Under the pieces are notes generated by a model, which was not told the origin of the DNA, did not search any database, and saw only the letters and a list, made by a program, of their open reading frames with translations. A program made the position numbers and the translations under genes. Positions 21,901 to 33,559 of a stretch of 64,000 nt of DNA are shown in pieces; the first letter of the stretch is position 1, and each line of letters opens with the position of its first letter. The DNA comes from Paramoeba atlantica (taxonomy: Eukaryota > Protista > Discosea), in NCBI GenBank assembly GCA_977017575.1, contig CDRNVI010000047.1, positions 62,001 to 126,000 on the forward strand, read 5' to 3'.

Positions 21901-22327
21901 CACCTTCCCACACTAAACGGAAAATTCGTACATTAGGTGGCGGTGGTAAGGTTCCATTGTACTTTTTCCCTCGACAGTGTCCATGTATCCCTTCGTATTC
22001 CAGATTAACTTGTCCTGATCCCTTTCTTACTTTAGTCTTGGTGACGATTCCTTGTGATATGTTAATAGCCGTTTGTCGATCGAAAGTCCAAGCAACGACG
22101 CAGCGCTGACCTACCTTGCTTTTGCATGCCATTTTCCAGATGATGTCAGGGGGAATAGGGAATTGGGTAGTCGGGTTGATCTCGGCGAGCATTTCTTCCG
22201 CAAAGTTGGCCTGGGTCGTCGAGTTATCGTCTACGTTTCCTTGTTCACTCACGCAATCGGGTAGCGCATCGATCGGATCGGGCGATTCGTATCGAGGTGT
22301 TGAACGCGGTGTTGATATACAATCGTG
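18987..22327 (-). mobile_element. R3: 5'-truncated CRE-like RLE non-LTR element inserted in the 18-bp array
   Basis: GTAAGA is duplicated at 18981-18986 and 22328-22333. The frame is open up to the 5' junction. Confidence 0.88.
19181..22252 (-). CDS. R3 RT + Zn knuckles + RLE endonuclease
   Basis: VRPIAMGE, LDFRNAFN, GVRQGSPL, AYVDD, CPGC, GPDLA, YYDLTVVH; paralogue of R1. Confidence 0.88.
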   Translation of the reverse strand: MSEQGNVDDNSTTQANFAEEMLAEINPTTQFPIPPDIIWKMACKSKVGQRCVVAWTFDRQTAINISQGIVTKTKVRKGSGQVNLEYEGIHGHCRGKKYNGTLPPPPNVRIFRLVWEGENETSDEPVFHASNASHTQEDLDFEPLPTTKTIETEFIPCVISIFRDLIREYADSPQKLKNQIWHKLLSAVKFSLATVRAESERRRRNRPFRSRNDTNKTHEENGDNRAIKKAMRLVKEGATSRATKILDREMITTSASDQEILEKLEKLHPKHPCTFTLPPDAPAMACISPEELRLAGRRLAKGSSPGPTGMNDVILRLLIDDEICCRSLCHMLVDLVNGVLPTDIMRRLKRARLVAIPKPNGGVRPIAMGETLLKLAELVLLLRHESSLATLFQPLQQGVLSKSGCESVIHNLSDLYEQGHVILSLDFRNAFNVPSRDEIAKAVFGFATMKPFQRVFAAQYKEASELLFYGHTGTLYSVLESNAGVRQGSPLSTVFFCSFLQPMLETIAQEFPNVKVLAYVDDVSLTSPSGKEVEAAYHRLQTLLLTKGIQLNNEKCIWFEGKSDVPIPSTLKEEGVRTESEVIKVLGAFVGEEQRIGSELIRTLEKHHTIFRRLKKMGANNASLLLLSRSVNVRHRYHVRVHKPEASLELAQKFDHEIKNVVTSWLGPLSPEQEMIARLPLKKGGLGIPATEPLRNAAYTSSRHAVFEHQKSFSARMAQRMEPPAPAGTLEESHKTPEDEVVTETKRATEIQTNLLKNKEWAPTIKACSKKGSYEWLIGNRKIIPSHIYTLNIMSRLKISHPQLPNSLLCPGCKKLLSSSEALTHIPGCVKCAGHNVTTKHHALVRYLYELCLRAGLPCEREPRQFSYYECSACAATIHPENKTEHARTCVGSTLRRTGPDLAIQWASGEKYYDLTVVHELAPSNIKHNTTFLMNEAIKRKRVRYVDSGMINKECFECIPVLSCGSMHNATRNLLWAIADRCGLERHSVMETFTLLHQEQAGSIFHAQLRQFLAHDQYTETSF

Positions 22328-23588
22328 GTAAGACCTTTCCTTGTAAGACCTTTCCTTATTGTAAGACCTTTCCTTATTGTAAGACCTTTCCTTATTGTAA
22401 GACCTTTCCTTATTGTAAGACCTTTCCTTATTGTAAGACCTTTCCTTATTGTAAGACCTTTCCTTATTGTAAGACCTTTCCTTATTGTAAGACCTTTCCT
22501 TATTGTAAGACCTTTCCTTATTGTAAGACCTTTCCTTATTGTAAGACCTTTCCTTATTGTAAGACCTTTCCTTATTGTAAGACCTTTCCTTATTGTAAGA
22601 CCTTTCCTTATTGTAAGACCTTTCCTTATTGCAAGACCTTTCCTTATTGTAAGACCTTTCCTTATTGTAAGACCTTTCCTTATTGTAAGACCTGTCCTTA
22701 TTGTAAGACCTGTCCTTATTGTAAGACCTTTCCTTATTGTAAGACCTTTCCTTATTGTAAGACCTTTCCTTATTGTAAGACCTTTCCTTATTGTAAGACC
22801 TTTCCTTATTGTAAGACCTTTCCTTATTGTAAGACCTTTCCTTATTGTAAGACCTTTCCTTATTGTAAGACCTTTCCTTATTGTAAGACCTTTCCTTATT
22901 GTAAGACCTTTCCTTATTGTAAGACCTTTCCTTATTGTAAGACCTTTCCTTATTGTAAGACCTTTCCTTATTGTAAGACCTTTCCTTATTGTAAGACCTT
23001 TCCTTATTGTAAGACCTTTCCTTATTGTAAGACCTTTCCTTATTGTAAGACCTTTCCTTATTGTAAGACCTTTCCTTATTGTAAGACCTTTCCTTATTGT
23101 AAGACCTTTCCTTATTGTAAGACCTTTCCTTATTGTAAGACCTTTCCTTATTGTAAGACCTTTCCTTATTGTAAGACCTTTCCTTATTGTAAGACCTTTC
23201 CTTATTGTAAGACCTTTCCTTATTGTAAGACCTTTCCTTATTGTAAGACCTTTCCTTATTGTAAGACCTTTCCTTATTGTAAGACCTTTCCTTATTGTAA
23301 GACCTTTCCTTATTGTAAGACCTTTCCTTATTGTAAGACCTTTCCTTATTGTAAGACCTTTCCTTATTGTAAGACCTTTCCTTATTGTAAGACCTTTCCT
23401 TATTGTAAGACCTTTCCTTATTGTAAGACCTTTCCTTATTGTAAGACCTTTCCTTATTGTAAGACCTTTCCTTATTGTAAGACCTTTCCTTATTGTAAGA
23501 CCTTTCCTTATTGTAAGACCTTTCCTTATTGTAAGACCTTTCCTTATTGTAAGACCTTTCCTTATTGTAAGACCTTTCCTTATTGTAA
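22328..23588. repeat. 18-bp tandem array
   Basis: About 70 units with rare variants; one 15-bp unit next to R3. Confidence 0.99.
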
Positions 23589-23604
23589 TCGTTATAATAA
23601 GGCC

Positions 23605-26600
23605 ATGGATACCTCCGGCACGGTCAATGAGAGAAAGCGGTGTTCTGACCCGGTTGCTCTTATTGGTCGGTCCAGGTTAGGTCGGGGCGTCAACTTTTGG
23701 CCATCAAAGTCAAAGGTTGGCGTAGCAAAACTCCGTGATCGTGCGGTAACCAGTATGTCCAACACGATTCGTGCGGGGTCTCGTGTCGCTGTGGTGTGGA
23801 GCTGGTCGTTTGCTCAAAGGCTAAAGATGTGGCAAGGGACTGCGAAATTTCGGGCCAAAAATGGTCTATGGCGTATTCGCTATGACTGTTGTCCTGGAGT
23901 ATCGTTTCCTTTTCCCCCTATAGACCCACGAGTAGCGATCTGTGCGGGCCGGGTGGCACCCCCCCGTAAGAAGAAATGTAGGAAGCACCGTTCTGCGCGA
24001 CTTCTCCGTCGGAATGGCTCCCCGGCGGTCGAGGAATCTAACCCCATTGCCACGAACAAGACGCTACATCTTGCAACTCTAAACGTCACTGCCCTGAAAC
24101 TAAAGGGAACTGATTATTTCTCCCTTCGCAAATCGACACGACTACGGGAAATTATGTCGTACATGGTCGAGCGAGGCCTTGCCCTCTGTTGCCTTCAGGA
24201 AACTCGTGTACAAACCGATATCATTCAAAACATTGCACATCAGACAATTCGTCATGGAAAGTTCGTATTTCATGTTTATATTCAAGGCGCTATCAAAGGT
24301 TACGGTGGACTCATGATTCTAAGCCTATTTGAGCCTGCTCTTGTGTCGCGAATCAGTGATCGGATCCAACAGGTTACTCTAGACTTACCAAAATTCCACG
24401 GTGTGCTATTCAATGTTTATGCCCCCACGGCGGTGGCAAAAGATGACGTAAAGGAGAAATTTTGCAATGATCTACGTGATGCATGGAATCTTAGTAATGC
24501 GAAAATAAAACTTGTTCTGGGGGATCTTAATGCGCCACTGACAGATAAGTGTCAACGAATAATGCGTAAAAATAAGTCACAACATCGGCTTACCAATTTA
24601 CTGTCTGAGCTTGGGGCTCGCGCGGCACATACATCCTGCCCAAGCAGAAAGAAGTAGACTTATACTTTTCAAAATGGAACTGTAAAACAACTAGACCATA
24701 TTCTTGTCAACAAACGTTTCGTCACTAGCTTACATGGCCACAGAGTTCTCCAACCCCCGGTGCCGACTCGACATCAAATAGTAACAGTAAAAACTAAGTT
24801 TCGTTGGAAAGCTTCAGTAAATGACGGTAGCTTGCGATTACCGTGGTATCAGTTAAAGGATCCACAAATATGTATGGACTTCATACGCCGTGTGAAAGAG
24901 AAGTACACCGAACATGCGGAGATAGTTGGGATGAAAAGAAGACGAAATGAGCCAAACCAGAAAATGTCAACCGAAATGCCTGTGATATTTCCAAGTGATA
25001 TTTTGTGGGATAAATTGGAAAAAGCAATTATCATGGCTGCTGAATCTATACCAACGAAGGAGGAAAACATAAACATGTTTGCTTCAAACGATGAAACTAC
25101 TACACAGTTGCGAATCCATGACATTTTCCGTACGTCTCAAAGTCCGCAGAGGTTCGATTCTCTAGTAAAAGAACATAGCATCACCGTGAATGAAAATATC
25201 ACTCAAGAATGCCTGTCTCTACAACAAAACTTTCAAAGATACAAACGTTCTTCTTGGAGACATGTTAAAATGATGACTGGGCACACTTCATCACGCCTCA
25301 GACCGCCAGGAAAAACAAAAAGCGAACAATTATGTAATGTGCGATTACACTTTCAGAATACTGTGCAACTAAAGGAGGTAGACAACAAGATCAAATTTGC
25401 GGAAGCGCCAAAGTCGTTTATCCCTATATCTGATGGACCGTTTGATCTCAATGAATTGACCACTGCTCTTAAAGATATGGCAACTGGTAAAGCACCAGGC
25501 ATTGACTCGATTCCAATTGAAGCCTTACGAGTACTGAACAGCGATCCGTTCATACAATCTATTCTTCTACATTTAATTAATATGGTTCGTGAGAGCGGAA
25601 GAGCGCCACAGACATGGAAACGAGTTATCCAAGTCCCAGTTCCGAAAAAAGGCGACTTAGGCAACATGAACAATTGGAGACCAATATGTCTAATAGTGCA
25701 CGCTGCAAAACTCATGAACCGTATGATACTAAATCGAATTCTTCCTACAGTGGATGCTCAATTAAGTGATTGTCAATACGGATTCCGACCCAATAGAGCA
25801 ACAACGGGAGCACAAGCAACCCTCATTGAGTTGTGCCAGAAAGCGTCTCGTGAGAATCCTGGTGTTGCGCTAGGCTTCGTGGATTTCCGTCAGGCATTTC
25901 CTTCAGTCAGCTTTTTCTCCATTCGTGCTGCACTGGAAGCCTTTCACATCCCGCAGCATCTCAGCAGCATGATAATGTCTATGTATGAAAAAACAGAAGC
26001 AGTTGTACGTTGCAAAAGCGGAGTTACTGATACGTTTCCGATCCAGTGTGGCACACTTCAAGGTGATGTGTTGGCCCCTGTCCTATTCCTCATGGTTCTG
26101 GATCGAGTCATGGTTGAAGTGTATAAGGAAAATGAGTTCGGACTTATCTTGCGAAGGGCGGGCACAAAAAGGCAAGGAAAACCTGCGCAATGTCTAAATT
26201 ATTTAGCATACGCGGATGATTTAGTGCTCATATGTCCCTCTCTTACTAATTTGAATCGCGTTATGGAAAGACTGGAACAAACAGCTGCGAAAGTCAACTT
26301 ACGTCTCAACATTGGTGTAAATAAAACTGCGTGGATGACAGTAGGTCAAGTGAATGACGCACAAGGAGACTTGATTCTAACGAATGGGGGGTTGGTGCCT
26401 CGAATCACCGAATATCGATACTTGGGGTTGAAAATTACTAATAAGGGTGTCATTGTAAACTTTGAAGACCGAATTAACTTAGCGTGGGCTGCAACACATC
26501 GCCTACAGTCATTATGGAAATCAGGCCTCACGCTTGTCACAAAATTTCACTTATTCGAATCTCTGGTTTCACCTTTATTGCTGTATGGCTGTGGAAACTT

Positions 26601-27707
26601 TTCCCTAATAAAAAAAGACGCTGATTTCATTGACTGTGAAGTGAACCGAATGAGAAGACTAGCGCTCGGGGTTCGTACTTGGGATGGTACAAGAGGTACA
26701 CCATGTGATGCACTATATGGGAACAGAATGCGACTTTCTAACGCATGTCGAGTCCTCCGAGTTCAAATGCTAGGACACCTGATCCGCGGCAATAATCCCT
26801 TCAAATCGGTAATGCTATGGCGCAAAGCAACAGGAAAGAAATATCGTCCCACTCTATCGGAGGCATGTGCTGAAGACATGGAACTAGATGTCGAAGATCT
26901 AAATGTCCTAGCGGGAGATCGGGATTGGTGGGCGTCGAGAGTTAAATTTTTGCGTGAATTTCTTGAATCTCACAAATCCTACATGGTTTTCGGCTCTAGA
27001 TCCTGGAAGAAGGTATGCCAGGACTTAGATACTACCACCTACAAAGTACTCGAAGGAATTGAAGAAGGCACGGACCATTCTCCTCTCTCAGCTGATTCCG
27101 AACACATATACGTAGATGGGGCTGTCAGTTCAGAAGCAGGAAAACCAGCCGCGGGTTCGGGGATAGTTATTGTTAATTCAAATGGTGTAAGAACCAGACA
27201 ACACGTTTTACCACCGGAATGCACTTCACCGGATCGGGCTGAACTTCACTCCTTTCTTTTGGGCATTCAGGCAGCTTCGTCTTCTACGAGGAACACAGTT
27301 ATACATACTGATTCTCATTATGTATGGGACTGGTATCATAATGTTAGGGTTCGTTTTTCAATCATTGGATACGGTGGCATGCCAAATGCTGACCTACTCA
27401 CGCAGATACAAGGAGCAATTAAAGAGCGTTGTACAGATAGTAGTCTCTACGTTATTAAAGTGCGGGCACACTGCGGGAATTCCTTCAATGAAAAAGCTGA
27501 TGAAATAGCACGCAAAGCACAGAGAACAGCTGCACGTCGTTTTTCATGCGTCATTCACACGCAAAGGGAGGGAAACAAATCTAATCACGGTCAAAAAAGG
27601 GAGCATGATCTCCAAGAAAAATCTCCACACAAAGTGAATATGAAAAAAGGGAAACTGAAAAATACAGAAGAAGGCAGCACAGTCAGGATTGCTCGTTCAC
27701 TCAACCC
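23605..27707 (+). pseudogene. LINE polyprotein: N-terminal domain, apurinic endonuclease, RT, RNase H; one in-frame TAG at 24655; probable C-terminus at 30241-30343
   Basis: APE motifs ATLNV, CLQETR, NVYAPT, LGDLNA, LDHILV; RT motifs PKKGD..NWRPI, QGDVLAP, YADDL; RNase H motifs YVDGA, TDSHY, VRAHCGN..NEKAD. The two ORF-track pieces are in the same frame. Confidence 0.88.
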
Positions 27708-27833
27708 TGAGAACTTGTGAAAGTAATCTGCGTATTCAATTTAGTTCAATACACATGAATATTTCAGCACGTAAACCATAATATTTTATTATATACCAAG
27801 GAAAGTGTTTATATCCACGTTTAAAAAGTTTTT

Positions 27834-28496
27834 ATGGTTGTGACCCGTTCGCAAGCGCGAGAAGCCGCGGATCGGGGGGAAGCCCTAACTCCCCCTAGCA
27901 CCCCGCGCACCTCATCGCCGAAATCCCAGGCCTCACGACCTACGAGACAGGTGGAGACGCCTCCAGTTAGTGCCCGCCGGAATTCTAATCTAGAAGAAAT
28001 CCGGGGCCCGCATCCACGTACGCCTCTTGGTGTTTTGGGAAGCGTTGCAGGGGCAGTAGGCAGTACAGTATGGAACGGATTTTTCAATAACCAAGAAACG
28101 CAGCCTCAAGCGTCTGACTTTCCTAACACTCAGGCTGCGGCAGCGGCGCAGAATTCCCTTGAGCGAATAGTACAGCAGCTCGCGACGCAGGTTTCCAGTT
28201 TATCGGCTCAAGTGGCCCGGATGCAGTTCTCCGGTTCCAGTTGCCAGCCTCCAAGCGTCCTACAGCCACAGCTTCCATCTCCGCACGCTACGCTTCCACA
28301 CGAACGTATTCTGGAGCAAAGCCACGTACCGCAGCAACAACGACAATTTCGGGAACATCGTCAGCCTGGGCCTTCAGATACTGCTTCGACTCGACCTACT
28401 CTTCCCAATAGCGAAATTGGAGACTCTAACTGCAAGATTAATATACGCAAGTTCAATATTAAACATTCACTTATCCCGCTTTTATTGGGCAATTAA
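27834..28496 (+). pseudogene. V3 gag N-terminal fragment
   Basis: ATG directly follows A1 (MVVTRSQ...), the same position as gag ATGs in other YR elements; runs into an RT/RH fragment. Confidence 0.55.
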
Positions 28497-29028
28497 GTTT
28501 GCAAGGCGCCAAATCGCCCGTGCGAATAAACAATTCATCTGCGATTCTTCTACTATTTTCTTACCGTCTTGCGTAATCGAACAATTCAGGACCTGGTTGC
28601 AACTTGTTGTCAGCAATCCGTGGACACTCTTCACCGCGCCTCGTCAAGGAAAACGTGCAACATTATACACGGACGCCTCGCTATCAGGATGGGGGGCAGT
28701 CCTGATGCTTCCCTCAGGAGCAGTATACGCTACAGGTGCCGCATGGCCTCGGAAAATGGAAATAAATGAAGGTGAAACCCAGGCTGTGGAACATGCATTG
28801 CGACAATTCCAGCAACATTGGAGCAACATTGCCGCCATTGATCTCCGCGTTGACAATACAAGCGCCGCAGCAGCACTGCGGAAAAAATGGAGCGACTCAG
28901 AATCAATTTCACGCGTTCTCGCTCGGATAATGAAATATGCGGAATATTACAAGTTAAAAATCACTCCATCTTACGTACGTTCAGCCGAAAACCTTGCCGA
29001 TAAATGGAGTCGGATATACGCAGCATAG
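28417..29028 (+). pseudogene. V3 RT C-terminus/RNase H fragment
   Basis: LYTDASLSGWG, VDNTSA, YVRSAENLADKWSR. Confidence 0.85.
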
Positions 29029-31508
29029 ACCAGCACAAGAAAGTATCAAAAGATGCAATAAACTAAATAACTCAAAAAATACATGAATCATACATACATG
29101 AATATACAAAAAAAAAAAAAAAAAAAAAAAAATACATCTCCCCCAACCCCCCACAGAACGGACGAGTTCTGTAACCATACGCGATCACAGACACTGAAAT
29201 GAGTTAGACTGTGGGTATTAGGGTGCCTTCGGTCCAGCCCAACAGCTGCATACACTATGATTACGATACTAGACTCAGCGATTGGACGAACTAGCGAATA
29301 GGGAGGCTATTGAAGTAGTTTTCCATTCGTTAGTACTGTGAGAAAATGAATTATAGTAGCGCTACTAAGTGACATATGTTGTTTTACTTTATACTTTATA
29401 TATTGATGTACAAACATATTCGATGGATTTGACGAAGGGTAGGATTACATTAATGTATTTTACACTTGATTTGAGTTTTTCAATCTTCACGAATACAATT
29501 TTATACGAATGCGCTGATTATGAGAACTTGTGAAAGTAATCTGCGTATTCAATTTAGTTCAATACACATGAATATTTCAGCACGTAAACCATAATATTTT
29601 ATTATATACCAAGGAAAGTGTTTATATCCACGTTTAAAAAGTTTTTCCCACCCACCCGCCCGGAGGCTATTGAAGTAGTTTTCCATTCGTTAGTACTGTG
29701 AGAAAATGAATTATAGTAGCGCTACTAAGTGACATATGTTGTTTTACTTTATACTTTATATATTGATGTACAAACATATTCGATGGATTTGACGAAGGGT
29801 AGGATTACATTAATGTATTTTACACTTGATTTGAGTTTTTCAATCTTCACGAATACAATTTTATACGAATGCGCTGATTATGAGAACTTGTGAAAGTAAT
29901 CTGCGTATTCAATTTAGTTCAATACACATGAATATTTCAGCACGTAAACCATAATATTTTATTATATACCAAGGAAAGTGTTTATATCCACGTTTAAAAA
30001 GTTTTTCCCACCCACCCGCCCGGAGGCTATTGAAGTAGTTTTCCATTCGTTAGTACTGTGAGAAAATGAATTATAGTAGCGCTACTAAGTGACATATGTT
30101 GTTTTACTTTATACTTTATATATTGATGTACAAACATATTCGATGGATTTGACGAAGGGTAGGATTACATTAATGTATTTTACACTTGATTTGAGTTTTT
30201 CAATCTTCACGAATACAATTTTATACGAATGCGCTGATTAAGAAGCTAATACCGGGGATCCAGTAACGTTTTCTCAGTACAAGACATCACGGGGTAGACT
30301 GACGAATGCCCCCATTTTTGTGAAGAAAAGCCGCTATATGTAATCGAAATTTGCTGTGTATAACTTTGCGCATTAATCTGGAACGCTTATTTTCAGGAGT
30401 GTTATGTCCTCTTGGTACATTTATTTATCAACGCGTTAATAATATTCTGGAGCATTTATGTATATTTCATTGCTAAATATCCGTACCCACCGAAAACACT
30501 GAGTGGGGTACGTAATATTGATAGTATAAGGTGGTTTATTTGGCAAGCAGAGAACAAGTTGGCGCTGAGTTGCTCTTCGGGCATATGACGCGGCAATGAA
30601 GGCAAGAACTTGCGTACTGCTTAACCCTTGGTACCGCGTTGAATATCGATGGTGAAATATTGAGCTGAAAATGGCTAATTGTAAGATTGTTCTGGTTTGC
30701 TTGTGCTCGTTTGTACACGTTTTCTCCTAATTGCAAAAGAGGATAGGTCTCCTACCTCCATTCGCATAATCCGCGGTTTTGGCCTATTCGTGATGTGGAT
30801 AGATGTTTCAGTGCGCTAAGGAGAGTGTACGTTGAAAGTTGCATGTGTATAGTCTTTTGTTATATTATTATTATTATTACGCGAAGTTCTCCTCCCAGCG
30901 ATCCCCCACACAAACTACTTGCCCGTAGTCGAGGTACAATATTGCTCCCCATCCCGTCGACGAAGCATCCGTGTATAAGGTGTGGCGGTGTGGAACTGTA
31001 TCCGGATGAGGAGGGGGTGTTACTGGATTATTTAAGCATATCTTATTCTTCCATTCCGTCAATGCCAAAGTTACACACGGAGGGAGCGGTACCCGTACGT
31101 TGTGTAGTTCAGGTTTGTTGTTGAGCGCATTGATACGTCTGCGAACCAATTTTAGGGGAAAATGGTAGTTTGTTATCGGTTCACCCAGAACTGAGGATGC
31201 GTGCACGAGTCGTCCCACTGCTGATTCAAGTTGCTCAAAAGTAGCATAACGAAATCTATCCTCTTTCATTCGCTGAATTATCTTTGGTCCCATTTTTACC
31301 TTACCCTCTTCTTAGAGTTTACGGAAAGAATTGCTTGAAGAAAATATTTATTCTTTGACCGTGGCCCTACGGGGCACATATACATATATGTACCTGATTT
31401 TGCCCCCTCCGGGGGGAACCATGTAATTATACTTTTAGCATACTATACTATACATTATTTTACTCTAGTGACTTATAACCTTTTTCCACTCGCAAAAGGA
31501 AAGTTGCG

Positions 31509-32738
31509 ATGACACAACTCGAACTTCACTCTACCCGAAATTTACGGTCATCGCGCAGTTCGTCTCCTGCAGTGCAACGGCCCGAGCCTACCGAGCCGTT
31601 GTCGCAGCAGGAGCTGAGTTTGGTGTGCACTGTTGCCCGAGAAAAACTGTTGAGTAGGGTGGCGGTCAATGTTAGGGCCAAATTTCGACGCAAGGACTCT
31701 TCTTCTGAGGCAATGCAAGTTGTGCAAGGTAAGATTCGAAAAGAAGGGATTGAATTATGGGGTGTCTGGGATAATGAACCCTCAAAAGAGTATCCATTTC
31801 CGCACGCCGACTTGTACTATTACGGCATTTCGATCATAGATGATCCTCCGGCGACTACGGGGCTAGAACAAGGGTCGACCGCCAATGGATTACGTACTAG
31901 TCAGAATTTCCCGGATGGTGGGGGGACAAACGAGGCTATTGTTAATGCTGATACTGTGGAAACTGGAATTCCTTTCGGACCGAGTGCCAATTTGGACCCT
32001 AACGGCCTGGATCCTTACGAGCCGATTACGTTCACCCCATGGATTAACGCCTTTGATGACGGGGGATTTCGCGTACGGGATTTGATGCGAGAACTGCGAG
32101 AAGCACCAGAATTTGGACTTCGCGTGAACAATAGTTGCGCAACTGCGCGATTATCTACCCCGAGCATCGTGGCTGGGTTCACTGCAATCGTAAAGAATCC
32201 GTAAAGATTACGAATTGGTTACGAATTTTCATTAACCGTGAACCAGTTTTTCACCGACCGGACTTTTCTGAAGCAACAAGAACGATTTTTTGAAAATGTT
32301 TTTTGCAAGTGGATTCTTTTTGCGCGGATGACTCAAGGTTGGGATCAGGGAGTTTACTTGGAAATGGGAAAAGCAATCATTCAGACGATGCGCGATGCAT
32401 ATTGGCGAGCCCGGCGCATTGACGTGGATCTCGTGCATCAAAAATTGCAAAAAGACGTCCGTCCGAATGATAAGTTCTACCATCTTGTCAGTGAGCAATT
32501 AGTTGATCGCCAGAAGCAGTATGCCCGCCAAGTGGGATTTTCCGGATCAGGGGTCTTCCACTCAAAGGCAAGTTTTCAAGGAAATGCGCGCCAGAATTTT
32601 GTGCCTCAACAGCGAGCTCCTTTATTGTGTTATGGTTGTCGTTCCCCTGACCACATGTGGAGAAATTGTCCTAAACGGTTTCAGCAGGGTTTTCGTTCGA
32701 GGGTGGCTGGCCCTGCACAAGGCAGCAAGAACTTCTGA
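31509..32738 (+). pseudogene. V2 gag interrupted by a 107-bp insertion (32130-32236)
   Basis: CYGCRSPDHMWRNC. TSD CGTGAAC; removal restores PEFGLRVNQFF. Confidence 0.88.
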
Positions 32739-32804
32739 AACGTTCCCACCCGAACGGCCAGTACTACAATAAATACCAACCGAAACCACAAACCTTTTAC
32801 GCAA

Positions 32805-33559
32805 GTGAACAGTACAGTAACAGTTTTCAAAAGAAAAACGATACAATTTATGCAAGTGACGAAGAAACGAAGGATGGAGAAGAATCACGTGGGTGTAGTG
32901 AGTGCAAAGAACTCAAGAGGAAGATATCTCAGATCTGGGACTTTATACGGCGGGACGCTAAGTTTGGAGCAGAAGGTGCCGGAAAGGCAGAAATTGATGA
33001 AGTTATTGCTGGGTGTGACAATAATGAGTCCCGAAATAAGGATGGCTCTCGCGGGATGGCATCCCGCGAAAAACATACGCTGCTGCTGTGCTGGAAGGGG
33101 GCAAGCCGTTGGTCCGAAACGGCAGCGTTGACCAGAGAACGGTTTTACGAAGTCGCGTCCAACAGAATTGTAATTTGGTGGGGAAGGCATACGAAGACGT
33201 CCCGCCTAAACCCATATCGCCCATCCATGTATACCGTCATCGAGGGACCGGGCACGGAGGAGCTCGCAAGGTATGTAGCGCAACTAAAGCCTCTCCAACC
33301 GATGTCATGGGCTACAACTTCACAAGTGGATGTCGAGATAAGGAAAATTCTCGGATTGGGTTTCGGGTCACATTCGTCAAAGCGCGGGGCGATCACTCTT
33401 CTTCTCGCGGAGGTGGCAAACGGCAATCTAAATTTAGAGGAGGTCCAGCATCTTGCAAAACATCAGAGCCTGGAATCTCTTCTGCGGTACAATGCCGATC
33501 CAGTGACGACTGCACTGGCACTGGGAACGCACAAAGCAACGCGCAAGTTGACCATCTGA
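32805..33559 (+). pseudogene. V2 tyrosine recombinase with a frameshifting internal deletion near 33060
   Basis: The N-part (MALAG) is joined to REKHTLLLCWKGASRW...HSSKRGA...LLRY; roughly 100 aa missing relative to V1. Confidence 0.85.

Larger units (their letters stand above)
27708..30240 (+). mobile_element. V3: internally deleted, non-autonomous YR retrotransposon, structure A1-gag'/'RH-polyA-B1 A2 B2 A3 B3
   Basis: A = 27708-27833, 29521-29646, 29881-30006. B = 29302-29520, 29662-29880, 30022-30240. No TSD. Confidence 0.85.
23589..30879 (+). mobile_element. APE-RT-RNase H LINE, interrupted by V3
   Basis: 5' end abuts the array; putative (TTA)n tail near 30862-30879. The 3' boundary is tentative. 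Confidence 0.7.

Noticed and set aside
6210-23588. Canonical telomere repeat
   Set aside because: Not TTAGGG and internal to the window; a non-canonical telomeric role cannot be tested here.
6194-23680. Long ORFs such as (KERSYN)n, (IVRPFL)n and (CKTFPY)n
   Set aside because: Artefacts of an 18-bp unit divisible by 3 with no stop in those frames.
23589-23705. HDV-like ribozyme or ingi/L1Tc 77-bp signature at the LINE 5' end
   Set aside because: GGCCA...TGGCC pairing is present, but I could not build the HDV fold and the sequence does not match the signature as I recall it.
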